Shown: positions 37,318 through 49,630 of the stretch, piece after piece
How positions within the stretch are numbered: position 1 is the first letter of the stretch
Layout: each line of letters opens with the position of its first letter
Assembly: GCF_018350175.1 (NCBI RefSeq)
Contig: NC_058382.1
Coordinates: forward strand, 2,914,001 to 2,978,000
Length of the DNA stretch: 64,000 nucleotides
Direction: 5' to 3'
Source of the DNA: Felis catus
Lineage: Eukaryota
Made by a program: the position numbers and the translations under genes
The notes under the pieces: model-generated
Databases searched by the model: none
What the model saw: the letters and a program-made list of their open reading frames with translations, nothing else
Told to the model about the DNA's origin: nothing

Positions 37318-39437
37318 GGACTTTCTGAAGGGTCTATGTCAGTCTTGTGTTTCGGGGGTGGGAGTAGAGGGTCCACACTGTGGTCTTGCCAGGAGCAGTG
37401 AATTGCAGATCTCTCTCCAAATCTCTGTTTCCTCATCTTTACAATGGGGGTGGACAGTGTCTGGCTCTTCAGAGATGTGTGCTTCACCTGTGGGAATGGG
37501 TATCGGGAAGTTTGACAAAATGAAGGGACTCCAGGGATCAGTATATTTATCAACGAGGGAGAGCCCCGGATTTGCTCACCTTCCTCTTTGCCCAGCATCT
37601 CCCCCAAGATAGCCCTTCGAGAGGTCAGAGCACCAACAGAACTCATTCTGTTTTCTCCAAAGAAACACCTGTGTTTCCTGTCACTGGCCTCACCACCCAA
37701 GCTAGAGACCTGGGCAGACTCTTTAAGTCGTCTTGATCCCTCATCCACTTATCTAATCCCTGCCTTCATCCTTTCCCCCCGCTGTTGAGCTGGTTAAGTA
37801 TCTTTGGAATCTAAACACTTTCATTGTCACTACTCTTGTGGGCCAAGCCAACAACGATCCCACATTTGAAGAGCCACGCGGCAGCACGGGCTCCTCCAAA
37901 AACACAGATCCCCACCTTGTTACCAATCCACTACTCCTTGTAGCTTCAAGATGGGATCACAAGCCTGAATGCCTGTAGGCACTGGGTGGCAACGTAAATG
38001 TATGAGGGAGGTGGCTGGGTGAGACGGGAAAGTGCCAGCACCAGGGAGGGGGAAATGGCAGAATTTGGTGGCAGATTAGAGAGAGGGCAATGGTTACTCA
38101 GCTCTGGGAGAGTGCAGACTGGGTTGCTAGATCTCCCCAATTTTTCAGAAGTTGCATTAGTTCATATTATGCAAAATCCTTTGATTTTCAAATGGCAACT
38201 AAGTCAAACTTTATTATTAATTTTTTAATGCATGGGCTAAACAAAGCATGTCAGTGGCTTACGTCCAACAGCTGCCAGCTTCCGGCCTCTGGCCTACAAG
38301 ATCATCCAAGCTCTACTGTTTGGAATTCAAAGCCCTTCAGGATCCAGCCTCCCACACCCAACCCCCCCCCCCCCCAACCTCCCAGCCATACTCCTCACTG
38401 AAATTCTCTGTAACAGCTGCGTTCAGTTAAACACACTCAACCCTCCACCCAGAATTCTGTGCCCACTTTACCTGGCAAGCTTCTGTGGCTTGTTATTGTT
38501 CAGGTATTACTTTCTCCTCCAGGGAGCTTGGCTACACCCCAGTCTCACAAAGCGACTCCTCCATGCTCTCTGCCCTCAGGGATAATTCTGTGGATGTTTT
38601 GTGGTGTGGCTCTGGGTCCGTGGGACTTTTGAACCCTGGGGCCCTGGCACAAGGACTCTCTCAGTCCAGGTCTTCAGCATTGCCATAGGTTGGCCACACT
38701 AGGTTGCTGCCCCGGAGTGGGTCAAGCCGAACCTGCCCAGGCCATGCCCCCTGAACCAGCTTTGTCTTCCAGTCCCAGCACTGAGCACCCTGGGCCTGCA
38801 GTCCCCATTCTACTGTGGATTTGCTGGGAGTCCCTGGAGCCTCTTTCTTCTCCAGGACCTCCGCCTCCTCTTCTGACAGATGGGATAACAACACAGAGAG
38901 CACATAGCTGGCTCACTGTTCCAACAACGGAAGTGAGCGCCGTGGAAGGGCTTTTGAAGCCCCTCCCAATTATCCTGGACAGATGGATGCGATGGACGAG
39001 GAGTCTGTGCGACGTGGGAACACAGGGGTTCTCCTCCACTGAGGGCAAGGAGCGTGTCCAATTCATGTTTCCCCGGTGTCCAGTGAAGGACCCAGCAGAC
39101 GGTGGGGGGTGGGGGAGGGCTTCTGGAAATGTGGGCCAGGTGAACAAACGCCAAAAACATCTCAAAGGGGGAAGGAGTCCAGGCACACTGTGAGTTTCTG
39201 AGAACAGAAACTTACCTGTCTTGTTCATCTCCCTTTGCCCAACGTGCAGACTGAAGCTTGGATACGGTAAATTCTCAGTAATTATCATTTGGATGAGGCA
39301 AAGCAGAAAGCCTGAGGGTGAGGCAGAGGGTGTCGGGGAATCGAAATCCCTGGGAAACAAAAGCTCTCAATTTTGTCAGCGCTTAATCCCCTCTCCCTGG
39401 GATACAAGAAAGGACTCCGGTGGCCCTGTTGATACGA

Positions 39438-39443
39438 TTTATT
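39438..39443 (-). terminator. AATAAA poly(A) signal, probable ZNF865 3' end
   Basis: TTTATT on the plus strand about 460 nt past the stop. Confidence 0.65.
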
Positions 39444-39902
39444 ATTCTCCGCTCTGTACAAGCCGCGTCTACCACCCCGCCCCCACCCCCACAATCCAAA
39501 AGAGCACCCAGTCCCCCTTGTGCCCTCCCAACTCCACACATACTCGGTTCCAGCCAGATCCCAAAGGAATGGGGAAGGGCAGTTCAGACCCACATCCTCC
39601 ACCAAAGCTTATCGGGGGACAGAATGCTGCTGGGGGAGGGGGCGCTGATGAAGGTTTCAAAACGGAGTTGGACGGAGGGTCAAGTTCAGTGTCTGATGGG
39701 CTGAGGGGAGGGCCAGAGACGTCCGGGACCGGAGTCTGTGCGGCATGAGCCTGCAAGGAGGCTAGTCTGTCCGAAGTTCTGAAGGATGGCTGGGCAACAG
39801 CGAAGAGGGGTTAAGAGTCTAGAGTCTAGCAACTAGAGAGAAGGAGGGGAGGGGTTGAGAGGGGACATCTGATTGGAGTGGCGGATGGGAACCCCCTCCT
39901 GG

Positions 39903-42900
39903 TCAGGCATCCTTTCCGGCCAAGGCGCCCGCCCCTGCCCCAGGTCCGCCGAGGCCCTCGGCTTTGTGCGCCAGGCGGTGTTTCTTGAGGCCATAGGTGT
40001 TGGCGAAGCCCTCCCCACAGGAGGAGCAGCGGAAGGGCCGTCCGCCCTGGTGCGCCGCCAGGTGCTTACGGAAGTAGCCGGGGTCCTTGAAGGCCTTGAG
40101 GCAGGCAGGGCAGCGGAGCTCGGGCCGCGGCGGCTCGTGGGCGCGCTGGTGGCGCAGCACCGAGCTCAGGTAGAAGAAGCCCTTCCCGCAGTGCTCGCAA
40201 CGGTAGGCGCGCTCCCCCAGGTGCAGCCGCTGGTGCTCCAGCAGGTTGGAGCGGTAGCGGAAGGTCTTGCCGCAGGCGCCACAGCGCTGGGGCCGGGCCA
40301 CGGCGTGCAGCCGCCGGTGCTCCGCCAGGCTGGACGACTGCGCGAAGCGCTTGGCGCACACACCGCACTTGAAGGCGCGCTCGCCGGTGTGCACCACGCG
40401 GTGCTGCCGCAGGTACCAGGAGCGCAGGAAGCCTCGGCCACACACGCCGCACCGGTAGGGCCGCTGCTCCGTGTGGCAGCGCTGGTGGCGCATCAGCAGG
40501 GCCGCCTCCCAGAAGCGCTTGCCGCACACCGGGCAGCGGAAGCCCCGCTTCTGCCGGTGGCTGCGGCGGTGCAGGAGCAGGTCGTAGGCACCGGCGAAGC
40601 TCTGGCCGCAGAGGCCACAGCCTAGGGTCCGCCGCACCAGGTGCACGTACTTGTGAGTCACCAGGCCCAGGAAGTGTTTGAAGCTCTGGCCACACGTGGC
40701 GCAGCTGAAGCGCTCAGGGCCCGAGCTGGCACCCCCGCCGCCCCCCGCCACCGCCGTCCCGCTGGCGTCGTCACCCCCGGACACCCCCGCCAGGGCAGCC
40801 ACGGCCGCCCCCACCTCTCCCGCCAGCCCGTTGTCCAGCACGTTGGCCGCGTCGGCGCTGCTGGAGCCATCCGGGGGTTGGGGACCCCCAGGTGTGGGCG
40901 GGAGCAGGCGCTCAGGGGCAGCCTGGTGGACCAGCTTGTGCCACATGAGATTCTCGATGAAACCGAAGGTCTTGCCGCAGGCATCGCAGCCGTATGGCTT
41001 CTCCGCCATGTGGGCCTCCTTGTGGCTCATCACGTGGAAGAGATCCGGGAAGTGTTCGCCGCAGTCCGAGCAGGCATAGCTCAGGGCATCGGCGGCCCCG
41101 GCAGAGGCGGCCGAGGCGCCCGGCCCACAGGCCCCGGGCGCACCCTGCGTGGCCGGGAGGCCCGCAGCCCCGGCCAGGGCGCAGGGCAGTTGGAGGCGGT
41201 GCACCTGGCGGTGGCGGGTGAGGCTCTGCGGGTAGCCGAAGACCTTGCCGCACAGCTCGCACTTGTAGGGCCGCTCGCGGGTGTGCACCACGTGGTGCTT
41301 GCTCAGGTGGAAGGACTCCCGGAAGCGCTTCCCGCACACGGGACACTGGTGGGGCTTCTCGCCGGTGTGGATACGCTCGTGGCGCTTCAGAGTCTCGCGT
41401 CGCCCGAAGCCCCGCCCGCAGATGCCGCAGCAGAAAGTCTTTCCGGGGACGCTGGCGCCCGCGCCGCCCGCCGCGCTGGTGCCAGCCCCGCCGAGCAGCA
41501 GCGGGTGCGCCCCCAAGAGCGGGACGGGCACGGCGCCATACACCACGGCCGCTGCGGCCGCAGCGGCCTTCTCGCTGTCCGTGGCCGGAGGGTCCGGGGG
41601 CAGGAGGTAGGGACCTGCAGGGAAGGCTGGAGGGGGCTGCGCGACCGCGGCCGCCGCGTCCTTGGGCGCGTCCGGGGCGGTGGCGGGCGGGGCGTGCGCC
41701 GCCTTGTGGCGGAGCAGGCTCTGGGGCGCCGAGTACGACTTGCCACACAGGTCGCAGGGGTACACGGGCCGGGGTCCCGCCGCGCCCGCGCCCGCGTGGG
41801 CCGCCTGGTGCTTGAGCAGGTAGGCGGCGTCGCGGAAGGCCTTCCCGCAGACGCCGCAGGGCAGGCGCAAGAGGTCGGCAGAGTGCGTCTTCACGTGCCG
41901 CTTGAGGCTCTCCCTGCGGTTGAAGCTCTTGCTGCACACGGAGCAGGAGAAGGGCTTCTCGCCGGTGTGGATAATCTGGTGCTGGTGGAGGTGGCTGGGC
42001 TTCTTGAAGACCTTCCAGCACAGCGGGCAGGCAAACGGGCCCTCGCCGCCCCCCGCCGCGGGAGGGGGCACGCCCACCCCGGCGGGGGCTCCGGCCGCCT
42101 CCGCCACGCTGGAGGCCACGGCGGCTCCGGCTCCGGCGGCGGCGGCGGCGGCGGCGGCTGCGGCGGCTGGGGGCGGGGCGGGAGGGCCAGAGGGCACAGG
42201 GGTGGGGGCGGCAGGGGGTGCGCCGGCCGTGGGCGCCGGCAGGCCCAGCGGCGGGAGGGGCGCCCCGGGCTGCGGCGGGCCCCCTGGAGCGGGCGGCACG
42301 TCCTTGTGGCAGCGGCGGTGGCGGATGAGGCTGGACACGTGGTTGTAGGTGCGGCCGCAGACGCCGCACTCGTAGGGCCGCTCGCCTGAGTGCACCAGCA
42401 TGTGCTGCACCAGGTGCGAGGACTGCTTGAAGGACTTCTGGCATACACCGCAGGGGAAGCGCCGCTCCATCAGGTACTTGAGCCTCCGGAAGTAGCCCTT
42501 GTCGTCCTTGGCCGGGTCGCAGGCCGCCGCCCCTGCGGCGGGCCCCGGAGGGGTCTGTGAGGGGGCGGGGAGCGGCCCTGGGGTCCCGGTGGGAGAGGCC
42601 AGCCCCGGGGTCACCCCCGGCCCGGTCGCGGGCCCTCCGCGTTTCAGGTTCCCAAAAAGGTGCTGGTGTCCAGACAGGTCGACGATGCCCCACTGCGGGG
42701 CGGGGAAGGCAGCATCAAATAGGGGGGGCGGAGGGGGCCCGAAGGCGGGCGGCAGGGGCGGGTCGGGCTTCTTGGCCTGCGAGGAGGACGACGACGAGGA
42801 CGACGACGAGGACGACGACGACGAGGAGGACGAGGACGAGGACGGCGCCTCCGCCTTGGGTTTGAAGGTCGCCTGGGGCGGGTAGTCGTACTGGGGCGGA

Positions 42901-43118
42901 GGGGGCTGGGGCGGGGGCTGGGGCGGTGGCCCAGGGGCGCAGGGCAGGGCGGCCACCGCCTTGGCGTGCTCCCCGTACAGTTCCATGGGCTCGAAGCGCT
43001 GGTGGTTGAGGAACTCCAGAAAGTCGAAGGGGTAGCTCTGGAAGTGAACCCCGTCCTCGCCCCCTATGCCGCTGCCCCCACCGCCCCCGGCGGCACCGCC
43101 CGCTGCGTTTGCCTCCAT
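39903..43118 (-). CDS. ZNF865: Zinc finger protein 865 (1071 aa, about 20 C2H2 fingers, single coding exon)
   Basis: MEAN...GEDGVHFQSYPFDFLEFLNHQRF..., poly-Ser, many C2H2 fingers with TGE[KR]P linkers; acceptor ccacag| at 43146/43145. Confidence 0.96.
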   Translation of the reverse strand: MEANAAGGAAGGGGGSGIGGEDGVHFQSYPFDFLEFLNHQRFEPMELYGEHAKAVAALPCAPGPPPQPPPQPPPPQYDYPPQATFKPKAEAPSSSSSSSSSSSSSSSSSSSSSQAKKPDPPLPPAFGPPPPPLFDAAFPAPQWGIVDLSGHQHLFGNLKRGGPATGPGVTPGLASPTGTPGPLPAPSQTPPGPAAGAAACDPAKDDKGYFRRLKYLMERRFPCGVCQKSFKQSSHLVQHMLVHSGERPYECGVCGRTYNHVSSLIRHRRCHKDVPPAPGGPPQPGAPLPPLGLPAPTAGAPPAAPTPVPSGPPAPPPAAAAAAAAAAAGAGAAVASSVAEAAGAPAGVGVPPPAAGGGEGPFACPLCWKVFKKPSHLHQHQIIHTGEKPFSCSVCSKSFNRRESLKRHVKTHSADLLRLPCGVCGKAFRDAAYLLKHQAAHAGAGAAGPRPVYPCDLCGKSYSAPQSLLRHKAAHAPPATAPDAPKDAAAAVAQPPPAFPAGPYLLPPDPPATDSEKAAAAAAAVVYGAVPVPLLGAHPLLLGGAGTSAAGGAGASVPGKTFCCGICGRGFGRRETLKRHERIHTGEKPHQCPVCGKRFRESFHLSKHHVVHTRERPYKCELCGKVFGYPQSLTRHRQVHRLQLPCALAGAAGLPATQGAPGACGPGASAASAGAADALSYACSDCGEHFPDLFHVMSHKEAHMAEKPYGCDACGKTFGFIENLMWHKLVHQAAPERLLPPTPGGPQPPDGSSSADAANVLDNGLAGEVGAAVAALAGVSGGDDASGTAVAGGGGGASSGPERFSCATCGQSFKHFLGLVTHKYVHLVRRTLGCGLCGQSFAGAYDLLLHRRSHRQKRGFRCPVCGKRFWEAALLMRHQRCHTEQRPYRCGVCGRGFLRSWYLRQHRVVHTGERAFKCGVCAKRFAQSSSLAEHRRLHAVARPQRCGACGKTFRYRSNLLEHQRLHLGERAYRCEHCGKGFFYLSSVLRHQRAHEPPRPELRCPACLKAFKDPGYFRKHLAAHQGGRPFRCSSCGEGFANTYGLKKHRLAHKAEGLGGPGAGAGALAGKDA

Positions 43119-43524
43119 CTCGGGCGGGGTGGGCGACGGCAGACCCTGTGGAGAAGAGGAGAGGGCTGAGGAAAGGGGACCGGGCGCCGGAAGTCATGGC
43201 CATCTGCCGGAGCCACAGTCTGCCTCCCAGCCTTGCTCCTCTCGGCCCCCTGCCCCTCCAGCGCACAGGGCAGCCCCCCTCCTGGCTCTAGCGCACCACA
43301 GACGCCTGCTCAGCCGTCCACCTCCTTGCTGGGGCCCCTTTGCTCCTGCCCTCCCATCCCTTCCACGTTCCCGTTGTTTCTGGGGTCTTCCCACATCCTT
43401 TCTCCCCATCCCCCAGGCCCTCAGCTCCGTACCCCCAATCTAATTCTCCCAGCACCCCTTGCCTCTGGTGGCAGTCCCCTTACAAACTCTTGGGTATCAG
43501 CACCGTGTCCTACCCCCCCTCTCC

Positions 43525-43527
<3 letters not shown>

Positions 43528-43571
<44 letters not shown>
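43528..43571 (+). repeat. (CA)n microsatellite
   Basis: Seen directly. Confidence 0.97.
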
Positions 43572-43574
<3 letters not shown>

Positions 43575-43619
43575 CCCCGTTCTCAATCCCCTCAGGTTTT
43601 GCCTCTAAAATGGTAAGAG

Positions 43620-46600
43620 GGTGGACTCTAGAGCTCGAGTGCCAGATAGGAATCTGAGCCCCACATTCCAGCTGTGTGACCACAGACAAGTTCCTGAACC
43701 TCTCTGTGCCCGGATTTCCACATCTACGAACAGAGGTGACAAAGCACACCCCTCCTGCTCAGGGTCGATGTGAGGCTCCAGCAAGCAAATAGCAGGCCTT
43801 CGGGTGGAGGCTTCCTGGCACTTTGCAAGCATGCGGTAAGTGGTATTATATCGATACCCTCTCAGCACTGGCAGTAGATAAAGTCAAGACAGACCAAGAG
43901 AACTGGAATGAAATCAGTGTTGGGGAGGGCCGCGTTCTTTTACCACAAGGCGTTTGCCTGGAAGAAGCAAGTTACACCGGGAGGCCTGGCACTGAGAAGG
44001 CAGCCTGACGCAGCAGGAAACAGGTGGGCACTGCACCTGGGCAGACCTGGGTTCACATTCCCTCTCCTTCCCGAACCTCGCTTTCTCCATTTCTACGAGG
44101 AGGCGGTAACCCCTAGGCTGCAGGGGGAATTTAGGGAGCTCACTCTACACGGAAGGAAACATTATGTGTACCTTCGGTGACATCACACACCTGGGGGACC
44201 CCGACAGCAGATGCCCAGGGGGTGCAGGTCTCTGTCCTCACCCCAGGTGGGGATTTCCCTGCCTCCTGTGCAATGGCAGTCAGTCTCTGGGCACCTCCTT
44301 TACAGTATTTGTCATCCCAGAAGGCAGGTGTCCATGTCTGCGCCCCGGCCCCCACCAGAACTTCAGCTCCTACAATGGACTTTTGAACCTGAGCCACCCA
44401 GGGGGCCGGGGAAACACCTCCACCAAGTCCGCGGACAGTCAGTGGGAGAAGAGCCCTCAAGGTGTAGCATGCTTCTTGTCCATAATCCCTGGCCCATGGG
44501 GGCCTGGCTCTGTGCCCACAACAGGGGTCAGCGATGCCTACCAAGGCCAGGGCCCATCTGCCCCCAGCCAGCCAGCTGGCTCTCTCCCCTCCACAGGTGA
44601 AAGGTGAGTGTCTCCTCCACTCCTCCGCCAAGAGGTCGGTATTTTTAGCCTCTAGCTCTGGGTGTCCTTGGACGAGACTCAACATCCCATGCCCTTCACA
44701 CCCCCTCTGGTTAATTTGCTCTCCAGAAGGAACAAAGGCATGGCTGCAGTGGTGGTGGGAGCCTGTGGGGGAAACCTAAACCCAGGAGACCGGGAGAGTG
44801 GGCTGGGTGGGCAGAAAGCACATGGTAGAGGAGTGCAAGGGGCAGGGGAAGGAGGTGTCTTAGGGAAGAAACCACCGCCCTAGCTTGCCTCCATCAGGGT
44901 ATATATTAATAACAGCTAATGTTGACTGGGCATTTCCTACAAGCCCAGTGTGCTCCCAGCACATTATATATATTAACTCAATCCCCCCAAAATCTATGAG
45001 ACTATGACATAGGGACTATTATCCCCATTTGACAAAACAGAAGCACAGAGAAGTCAAGTAAATTGCCCAAGGTCACAGAGCAAGTCTGCGGCTCAGCCTC
45101 CCCACTTCCCCCACCAGGTTGTTTGTTTCCTAAGGTGGACAAAGGTGGGGTGGACTGTGGGGCCTGGAGCCTTACTGGGGGGTGTTACCTAGGTGATGGG
45201 AGTTTATGTAGGGGGCTGGGTGGGAGGGGAAGGGGGTGTCTGTCTTGAACGGATGGAGCAGTGATGTGGTGAGTCTATTCCTCAGATCTCAAGGTTCAGT
45301 CCTGTGCCTGCTTCAGGTCCCTGTTCAGATGTCCTCTCCATCCTACCTAATCCTCCCTAACCCCTCATCTTGCTGCATTTTTCTCATCACTGTCACTGCC
45401 ACCACTTGCCGTGTGTATTTCTTTGACTGTGTGTTTACTGTCTGGCATCCCCACCTAACAGAATAAGGATTTGGTCCGTCTTGTTTGCCGCTGTGCCCCC
45501 AGCACCGAGCACAGCACCCAGTATGGTGTGGTTGTTTGATAAGTATTTGCTGATATATGGGACTTAAACAGCACCCTCCTAAATCACCAGCAGACCCACC
45601 AAGAAACCACAAGAAACAAGGAACCCCGGATGAATAAATATGAAAACACAAGGTACCAAACCTTAGAGAAGATGCAGCCAAAGTAGGGCTCAGAGGTAAA
45701 CTGATAGCCTATACTGATAAGTGTTTGTTAAATGAGCAAAGGAACAAGACTGAGCTGACCAGAACCCCCTGAAGGAGGGAGGGGGACGTTTAGCAGAGAT
45801 GGAGTTGACACGGGGTGGAGGTCCCCAGAAGAAGGAATTCAAGGGCGGTGATGTTATAAGGAAGGACCCAAAGGCGAGTGGGAAGATGTGAAGGGCTACT
45901 GCTGTGAAGAGCAGGGAGGAGCACTGGAAGATGGAAGTGATCAGGCTCCCAGTATTTCCACTGGGAAATAAGAGGCATTTCCTCTTTCAGGGGATCCCAG
46001 CCTTAAATCGGTGTCTTTCTAAGGGGAGACACATCCTATGGAGAGAAGCATGATGGGGGCATGTCCCAAGGGGACAGCAACTGCACTCGTAATCGTAACA
46101 GCTCATGTTTGTGTTTATTGTTCAACCAGTTTGAGGTGCAGCATCATGAGGCCTCACGATGGTCCTGTACTGTTATCAGCTCCATTTTGTAAGTGGGAAA
46201 ACTGAGAAAGGGGGGGTCATTTCCCCAAGGTCACATAGCCAGTCAAGGGGAAAGTAGGTATTAGATTCCAAATCTCTCTGATACCAGGACCTGTGGGCCA
46301 TTCTGCTACAACAGGTTCGACTTGGGATGAAGCTGTACTCTGTTAATAACAGTAACGTGGACACACGTACCGCGTAATGTGAAGTGCTTTCTACCTGCCT
46401 AGTGCTCTTCTAAATCCTTCAACGAATCTTCCTACTGAGTCAAGAAGATGGTGACCACTATCAACTCTGTTTCACAGAGGAAGAGACTGAGGGCCGGAGA
46501 CATAAATTCATCTCCTAATGTCATACCAGTAACAAGCTGTGGCAGAGCCAGGAATAGGAGGCAGGCAGCAGGGCTCCAGAGTGCGTGCTGTTACCCACTA

Positions 46601-48200
46601 CAGCATGCTGTCTTTCAACATTCTCTCTCCAAAAGAAAGGAAGGTCCCCCACTCTGCCTTATACTAGAAATACACTTCGCCGCACCCACTTCCTTGATAC
46701 CCGAGCCCAGAACCAGCCACCAGGATTTTCTGAACACTAATAAGCACTGTACTACGTATCTTATGTGGTTTGTCTCCAACTTCATAACACACTCATCAGA
46801 TAAGCATTACTATTATTCTCATTTAACAGATGGGAGGACTAAGGCCAAACCACGTCCCTCCTCTGTTCAAACCCTGCAATGACACCCATCCCACTTAAAG
46901 TCAAAGTCTCTATGATGACCTACATACCCTCCATGGCCACCTGGCTGCTCCTCCAACATGCCAGCATTCCTACCCCAGGGCCCTTGCACTGGCTGTTGCT
47001 TCTGTCTGGAATCCTCTGATTGCTATCTCTATACCTCTCTCTCCCTCACCTCTTTCACACCTCTGCCCAAAGGCTGTCTCCTCAGCGAGGCTCTCCATGG
47101 CCCCTGTAACCTGTCATCCACACCAACATTCCGGCTCTTCCCAGCCTGCTTTGTTTCTGTCCTTACCTGTCAGCATCACCCGATAAACCACATATTCTGC
47201 TTGTCTTGTTGTTGCTGGCCTCCCCCTCTAGAAGGTGGGCTCCATACAGGCAACGATTTTTACCTGTTTTGTTCACTGTTCTATCCCAGGACCTAGAATA
47301 GTGCCTGTCTCCAAAAATATTTATGAAATAAGTGAACGAATGAGGCTAGGAAAAGAGGGAGTGGTTTGCTCAGAGATATGAACACAGTGGAATCCTGGAC
47401 TCACCCTCTTAACCACTTCACTCTTGGGGGCAGCTGGTAAGAGCAGCCCCCGGTTGGCCACAGTTGTCCAGGAGGGTCGGGATTTACACAGAGGTGTGTG
47501 TGTGGCTTTGGGGGGCGACAAGATGACAACGGGAATCTTTTGAAGAAGGCCTTTTTGCCACCCTCTTCGGTGACCATACCCTGATCCTGCTGTATTTTAT
47601 CCACACACACACACATTTGTTTTTTAATTGTCCCATCAGCTAGCATATGCGCTCCATGAGGGCAAGGGTTTTTGTCTGTTTGGTTCTCTGCTGCATCCCC
47701 CGTGTGTAACAGGTCCTCATCAAACACTTGAACAAATGAACGAATGAACAAATGAAGAACAGTATGGGCTTGGTAGAGCTGACAAAGGCGAGAAAATTGA
47801 TCACAGTGCCCTTATCCCCAATGCCCTAAGACATCAAACCCTCTCCCTCTTGTTCTCTTCCTCTGTTCCAACCTCACTGGCTTCCCTGATGCTCCTCCAC
47901 TCACCATGATCACGGCCACCTCAGGACCTTTGCGCTTGCTATTCTCGCTGCCTGAAACCGTCCACCCAGATCTCTACATGGCTAAGTCACCTCTGCTAAT
48001 TCAGTTTTCACCTCTGAGGTAAACCATCGGGCTCTGGGAGAACCCAGAAAACAGGATTTATCTTATTCGTTCACTTGTGTTTGAACTCTCTCAAGTAGAC
48101 TGTAAAACCCACAAAATGAAAGACCATGTGTATCTCTCTCCTTCACCACTGTATGTCCTGTACCTAGAACAGTGAATGAATGAATGAATGAATGAACACA
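43620..48200. mobile_element. ZNF865 intron rich in ancient MIR and L2 fragments
   Basis: Repeated MIR cores (gaaactgag..., cccaaggtcaca) and L2 ends (aatgaatgaatg); individual boundaries not resolved. Confidence 0.6.
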
Positions 48201-49049
48201 TGCCTGGGGAAAAAAAGAGGTCAGGCCATAGTAAAGATAGGGGTCTTCTCTAGGGCGTCCAGGAGGATGAAATGAAGCTGGCTGCGAAGTGGGAGAGGTT
48301 AACGCCACAGAAAGAGGTGGTCTGACAGGGAGAGGCTCACTGTGGGGCACTGCTCTGTGGGAGGACCGGGGACAGGAGCTGACCTGGCTTGGGGAGAGGA
48401 GGGAGGTACAGCAGAAGTGTTTCATTGGAGCCAGGAGCTAAACAGGCAGCTGTTTCCACCTGAATGGGGAGAGGATGTGGGTGTGAGAGCAGAACTCTAG
48501 AGGGAGCTAGCTGTTCTATGGGGGGGGGGGGGGGGGAGGAGGTGGGGGGAGGGTTGAAAGGGGTATTCTCAACCACTACGGTACCGGGTGGGGGGGGGGG
48601 TGGCAGAAGAAAAAAAAAAGGTATTTTCTGCTGCAAACCAGAATGGAAAGTATTTTTACATCGGGAGGGGGTGGGGGGTGGGGGGGTGGGGAGTGGAAAT
48701 GTGGGAGAATTGGGGGCTGTTGTGTGTGGACAGAGATAAGAGGGGCAGTTCTGCAGCGAAGCACTAATGCAACACTCTTTGGAGGCAGCCTATAGGGAAT
48801 ACTAACGGAGGGTTCACCGGCAGCCGCCCTCCATGAAGGAAGGCAGCGCTGGTGGCATTTGGGGGGCTGTCCTGGAGGCAGCAATGACGAGGGTTACGCA
48901 GAAGCGATCCTATGAGAAAGCATTCATGGGGGCCCTGGCAGCAGTTTAAGGGATCGCCACAAATAAGGACGCTTTGGCAGCCGTCCTGCATGGGGGCGTT
49001 AATGGGGCAGATGTCTGGAAGGGTCTTATGGGGGAGCAGTGACTGGGGG

Positions 49050-49630
49050 GACCCCTGGCGAGGGCCCGGCGGGAGAGGCACTGACGGGGACGTTCTGGGG
49101 ACCAGAACGGGCCAGGGCGGGACCCCCCGCCCCCGTTGCCCCCGGGTCCCCGGGCCACGCGCCCCGTCACTCACCGGCGCAGGGGTCTCCGCCGGGAGGA
49201 GGCCGAGGAGGCGGAGGAGGCGCCGCCGCTCCGGGGAGACCCGAGGGCCCGACCGGAAGTGCCGCCCCCTCCCCCTCCCCGGCAGCCCCGCGCCGCCCGC
49301 CTGCCCGCCCGCCCGGAAGCGGAAGTCGCGCCCGTCTCCGAGGCGCCGGCGTGGAGAAGCGGAAAGAGGAGGCGGTGGCGGCGACCGGGAAAGAGAAGTG
49401 CGCCTGCGCACTGGCTCGGGGACGCGGACGGGGAGAGCCTAGGCCGCTTCCGGTAGGCGAGCTAAGCAACGTGCGCCTGCGCCCTGAGCCCCCGCCGCCT
49501 AGGGCACAGCCCACACGCTCCGGACATCCGGTTAAGCCACGCCCCTCGCGTAAATCTGGCGTGTAAGCCCCGCCCCCATTCTGAACCACGCCCATTTTAT
49601 AACTTAATTATTTAAGCCCCGCCCACTGCC
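49050..49630 (-). promoter_or_regulatory. ZNF865 CpG promoter and non-coding exon 1 (donor at 49174)
   Basis: CCG|GTGAGT donor, tandem GABP/ETS CCGGAAGCGGAAGT (49313-49326), NRF1 (49399-49410). Confidence 0.8.

Noticed and set aside
40641-42693. 582-aa antisense ORF and 593-aa alternative-frame ORF overlapping ZNF865
   Set aside because: Expected shadows of an extremely GC3-rich CDS in which stop codons are rare; both start at GTG and have no recognisable domains.
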